From contig JAUFOQ010000010.1 in the NCBI GenBank assembly GCA_040285855.1, positions 1,116,001 through 1,180,000 on the forward strand: 64,000 bases of DNA, written 5' to 3'. The notes under the pieces are model-generated. The model made no database searches, was not told the DNA's origin, and saw only the letters and a list, made by a program, of their open reading frames with translations. Positions 60,226 through 64,000 of the stretch are shown one piece after another. Positions within the stretch are counted from its first letter, which is position 1, and every line of letters begins with the position of its first letter. The position numbers and the translations under genes were made by a program. This DNA is from Eukaryota sp. GEM-RC1 (lineage: Eukaryota).

Positions 60226-61260
60226 CATCGGCTCGTGCAGCTGGACCGTTTGGTCTCAGTTACAATCATTTAAAGGCAGTTATTAACATTTGTTCTGAGG
60301 CAGCTGACGATCTTGCTGTTTTTTGAACAGTGCTATTATGGGAAGATGTAAGACGCCTCCTGCATTAACTGCCTCTCGTTTGATTGCTATAAACAAGTCT
60401 GGTGGAGGTGTCCGCCCAATTACTGTGGGTGAATCTGTCATGAGATTACATGTAATCTTATGTTTCCGCAGAGTCAAATCTCAATCCATTCAATTTTTTA
60501 GACCTTTTCAATATGCTATTGGCATTCCCGATGGCACAACGTGTGCAACTCTGTGTTCTGATATGATATTTAATCAGTCTGAACACAATTTTTTGTTGAA
60601 CGTGGATTATAAGAATGCCTTCAATTCAATCATTCGCTCAAGTATTTTCTATGAATTGGAACAACACGTTTCACCCCTTTTACCATTTTTTAAATTGATG
60701 TACGGATCTCCATCTGATCACATTGTTAAAGTGATTTCTACAACAAGAGGAGTTAAAGAAGGGGATCCTCTAGGATCATTTTCTTTTGTTTGGCTCTTCA
60801 ATCCATTTTAGTTAAGTTTAAAGATAGAATTCCTGATATTCATTTGTGTTCTTACGTTGATGATTTGCCTCTTATTGGTCCTTTAACGTCTCTGAAGAAT
60901 GGTTTAAAACATTCTATAAGTTTATCTCAATCAATTGGTTTAAAAATCAAACTACCTAAATGTGTTCTTATTGGTAAGCGGTTGGCGGAACTTATGTATG
61001 GTGAGCAATCAATCTAGTTTTTGGACTACAACACTGAAGCAGTCCGTTTTTTGGGTTCCTATTTTGGCCATCCTTTGCAGATTGAGAGTGTGCTCAAGAA
61101 TTATCTTCAGAAAATCAAAGTTCAATTGCAGACTATACAAGATCTCAAGATCGATAACCACTTGGCTCTTTCAGTACTTTCGGTCTGTTTTGGATCGAAA
61201 ATCAATCATCTTCTTAGATCTTTACCACCTGAGCTTTCTCTCGAATTATGTTCGCTCTTT
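60226..61260 (+). mobile_element. CRE-like non-LTR reverse transcriptase fragment
   Basis: AAGPFGL..RLIAINKSGGGVRPITVGE..QYAIG..DYKNAFNSI..GVKEGDPLG..YVDD..FLGSYFG..HLLR; has frameshifts and stops. Confidence 0.88.
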
Positions 61261-61427
61261 ATAGAAGCATTCCCAAGTATTTATGTTCCATTTATTCGAA
61301 ATTGTATAGGGACAGCTCTCGTGTTGATGTGGAGAATTTAGCTTCTTTCATTTTCTGAATTAGTATGTATTAATTTGTTGTTGCAAACAAACTCATATAT
61401 ATATATATTTAAAATAACTTCAATATA

Positions 61428-63197
61428 TTACATAACCTTATAACAAACCCTACACTGACGTCTACTAGCCATCTGAGACAACAACTCCTCTCTAGTCTGC
61501 TCAGCTCTACTTCTCACCATCTCAGCACACTTCTTCTTCTCTTCTTCTTCCTCCTTCTCAATCTCTTCCAACACTTTCTTACCATTCTCTTGCTCAACCA
61601 TCTTCTCCTCAATCATCTTCTGCTTCTTCTCACGTGCTTGTTGTTTCTGGAATATTGCCAGTTCTTCTGCTTTCTCACGAGCAGCACGTTCTACAGTTGA
61701 AGAACTTTGAGACCTAGCACACATAGTTATTTCAGGAATCGATTCATTTTCAAAATCTTGTTGTTTTCTTTCCATTAGAGACTTTAAAACATCAGATGTT
61801 AGCTTATGACTGTTGCTAGAGGCTAGAAGTCGCTCTTCCTTGTCAATTTCATCAACAATTGCTAGCTTCCGTTGCTCCTCTTTTAGATCATCAAGTCGTT
61901 CTTTTCGTAGAGCTTCTTGTTTCGACTGCCACTGTTTATATTGGAAGTTTCTTAATTCACATGATTTCTTCAATTGATCTCTTTTAATAGCTTCTGGATC
62001 TTCACGTTCAATAATAGGAAAGTGCTCAGAAACATCATCCGCCATATTGGAAAGTCTTCTATTCTTATCACGTTGACACCTTAAACTTTCTAATAATTTC
62101 GTCTTCGTATCACGTTTCATTTGCTCAATTCTCTTCTTCTCATCTACTTCTTCTTTAGTAACTTCTTCATACATCTCCTTTTCTCTACTCATTTGCTCCA
62201 ACAACTCTCTTCTTCGCTGTTGTTTAGCTTCGTTGAGTTGCTGATCGAGACAAAGTCGGTAACCCTTAGGATCTTGGAGTGGAGTGGATGGACGATTGGC
62301 GAAGATATTGGCTTCGTTGGCAGCACGGCAATCATCACAGGTACAATAAATGATTGATGACGTTTTTGATTGGATACACTGAACTTTAGATTGTTGATCT
62401 CTGGGTGTTCTTTTCTTGACTTCTACTGACTTCTGATTGACTGTTGTTGACTCTTCTGGAATAGGCAAGTGAGATCTACTCGATGATTGAGCGACAGATC
62501 TAGCTGATGATTGGGGAAGAGATCGTGACGATGGAGGAGGCGACAACGCTTGTGATAGAGAAGCTGAAGATACTCGGGAAGAGGTTCTCACAGAAGGAGT
62601 AAGAGGCCGAGTGGAAGGAATTGGGATGGTTGTCTTGGGAGTTGGATCTGGAGCAGTAGAAGAGGTGGATGACGTGGTGGATGACGTGACTTTCTTGACA
62701 AGAGAAGGAGTGAAGATGAAGGAGGGTTGGTATCTGCGTACGTAGAACTTACCAACTCCGAGGAAAGCAATGGAGATGTTTTGGTTGAGAGAAACGGCAT
62801 CAGAGAGACGGTCTACTAGAGTACGAACAATGTCTTGAGCAAATTCTTTCGATGTACCCGATTTAGCAGCTAATACTGAATAGTTGATGTCTTTAACAGG
62901 CTTGACATCGGAAGAAGAGCGGCGTAGTTGTTGGAAACGATGTCTGCGTCGGAAAAAAGGATCTAGAGAAAAGGATAAGTCCTTGGCGGAATAGGCGGCA
63001 TTGTTACCAACGTCTAATTTGATATGTGTTACATGGAAAGTACCAAATTTGTGAATATGTATGGATTGGTTTTGTACCAAAGAGGTCTGGATCATGTTGC
63101 TCAGTTGGTCAAAAAGACGACGAACCAGATCCAAACTATTTGGCGGAATCAAAGGATGTTTTGACGTCTCCGCTAGTAGATTCTGAAGAGTATACAT
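61428..63197 (-). CDS. CCDC81: CCDC81-like protein (two HU-like domains, Ser/Pro linker, coiled coil, terminal CxxC)
   Basis: SIHIHKFGTF..LDVGNN..FSLDPFF; INYSVLA..SIAFLGVGKF..FIF; E/K/Q-rich coiled coil; CRVCYK. Confidence 0.75.
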   Translation of the reverse strand: MYTLQNLLAETSKHPLIPPNSLDLVRRLFDQLSNMIQTSLVQNQSIHIHKFGTFHVTHIKLDVGNNAAYSAKDLSFSLDPFFRRRHRFQQLRRSSSDVKPVKDINYSVLAAKSGTSKEFAQDIVRTLVDRLSDAVSLNQNISIAFLGVGKFYVRRYQPSFIFTPSLVKKVTSSTTSSTSSTAPDPTPKTTIPIPSTRPLTPSVRTSSRVSSASLSQALSPPPSSRSLPQSSARSVAQSSSRSHLPIPEESTTVNQKSVEVKKRTPRDQQSKVQCIQSKTSSIIYCTCDDCRAANEANIFANRPSTPLQDPKGYRLCLDQQLNEAKQQRRRELLEQMSREKEMYEEVTKEEVDEKKRIEQMKRDTKTKLLESLRCQRDKNRRLSNMADDVSEHFPIIEREDPEAIKRDQLKKSCELRNFQYKQWQSKQEALRKERLDDLKEEQRKLAIVDEIDKEERLLASSNSHKLTSDVLKSLMERKQQDFENESIPEITMCARSQSSSTVERAAREKAEELAIFQKQQAREKKQKMIEEKMVEQENGKKVLEEIEKEEEEEKKKCAEMVRSRAEQTREELLSQMASRRQCRVCYKVM

Positions 63198-64000
63198 GTC
63201 AGAGAGTAAGGGGTGGTTCTTTATTTGGGTTTGTTTTGATGAGGAAATTCTGCTGTGGTTTGTCCATTCATTCGAACCAACATGCCTGTCTTAATTCCTG
63301 GATCTTCCTCAACTTGTTGGGAGTGTTCACCTGAACCTGATTCTAATGCCAACACCGCGACTGCTATCATAGAACAATTCCGTCGGATACTTATAGATCT
63401 TTCTTTTTCTGTCGTCGGATAGCTCAAGACTGTAACGTGGAAACTTGTCCTGAAATGAAGACGACTGCAGAATGGATCTTTCTATGTGCAGCTCACAAGA
63501 ATCCGGCACAATGCTGTGCTCTGGAGTATACAATTCACACTATTGACTCTTCCATACGTTCAGTAGCGGAACTTTCTAGACTAGATTCATCGTCTGGCAG
63601 AATAGACCTCATACGAACTCACGCCCGTCGATTAGTTCGAATCCTGTTACACGCTGCTCATCACCATCCAGATATTCTTGTAGAGTGGGAACAAAAGACC
63701 TTCCTCTGTAAGACATTTTGTGTCTTTTGCCTCCGTTTTGATATAATACCGGCTAAACAGCTCTGTTTCCCTCACATTCCTGAACTAGGTTTGGATTTGT
63801 CTCAGATAATCGCCAGTTTTCAATAACTCTTGTATATTATCATTTGTAGATTTGTTTTGATATCGGTGGGAGTTTTTTTAGTTGTTAATAGATGCCTTTT
63901 CATTTCATGAATTGGCTAAAAATTGTTCATAAATAATAATGTTGATATAGGGTCTTTATAATACTGTATATAGTCTATATACCGCTGAAAACAATGTTTG

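Noticed and set aside
63200..63830. Short ORFs upstream of the CCDC81-like gene
   Set aside because: No consistent frame or recognisable domain; possibly decayed TE sequence.

Overview
AT-rich eukaryotic (protist-type) DNA, not prokaryotic. It has a Rab GTPase gene with three 27-30 nt GT-AG introns and a CCDC81-like ciliary gene; the taxon cannot be fixed from sequence alone. The window is a transposon-rich accessory region dominated by an expanded family of intronless LRR genes: 7 copies with 8-20 28-aa repeats, plus relics. They share a ~150-aa core that begins with a split F-box-like motif and carry interchangeable N-terminal modules (Ser-rich leader, eIF4B-like RRM, or the in-frame C-terminal tail of a CRE-like non-LTR retrotransposon). 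A TRIM-like RING/B-box/coiled-coil/SPRY gene and a RING-F-box-like-LRR gene lie among them. The latter is split by a full-length Ty3/gypsy element with tiny LTRs, a TCAA target-site duplication and a ~330-aa zinc-ribbon/SIM insert in Pol. Two degenerate Fanzor (eukaryotic TnpB) relics are present, one followed by a GNRA-capped hairpin that is a candidate omegaRNA scaffold. Also present are a second decayed gypsy element, many CRE-like fragments, and hAT, pogo and Tc1 relics. Most frameshifts fall in homopolymer runs, so several apparent pseudogenes may be assembly artefacts. All domain calls come from motif recognition by eye; no searches were run.
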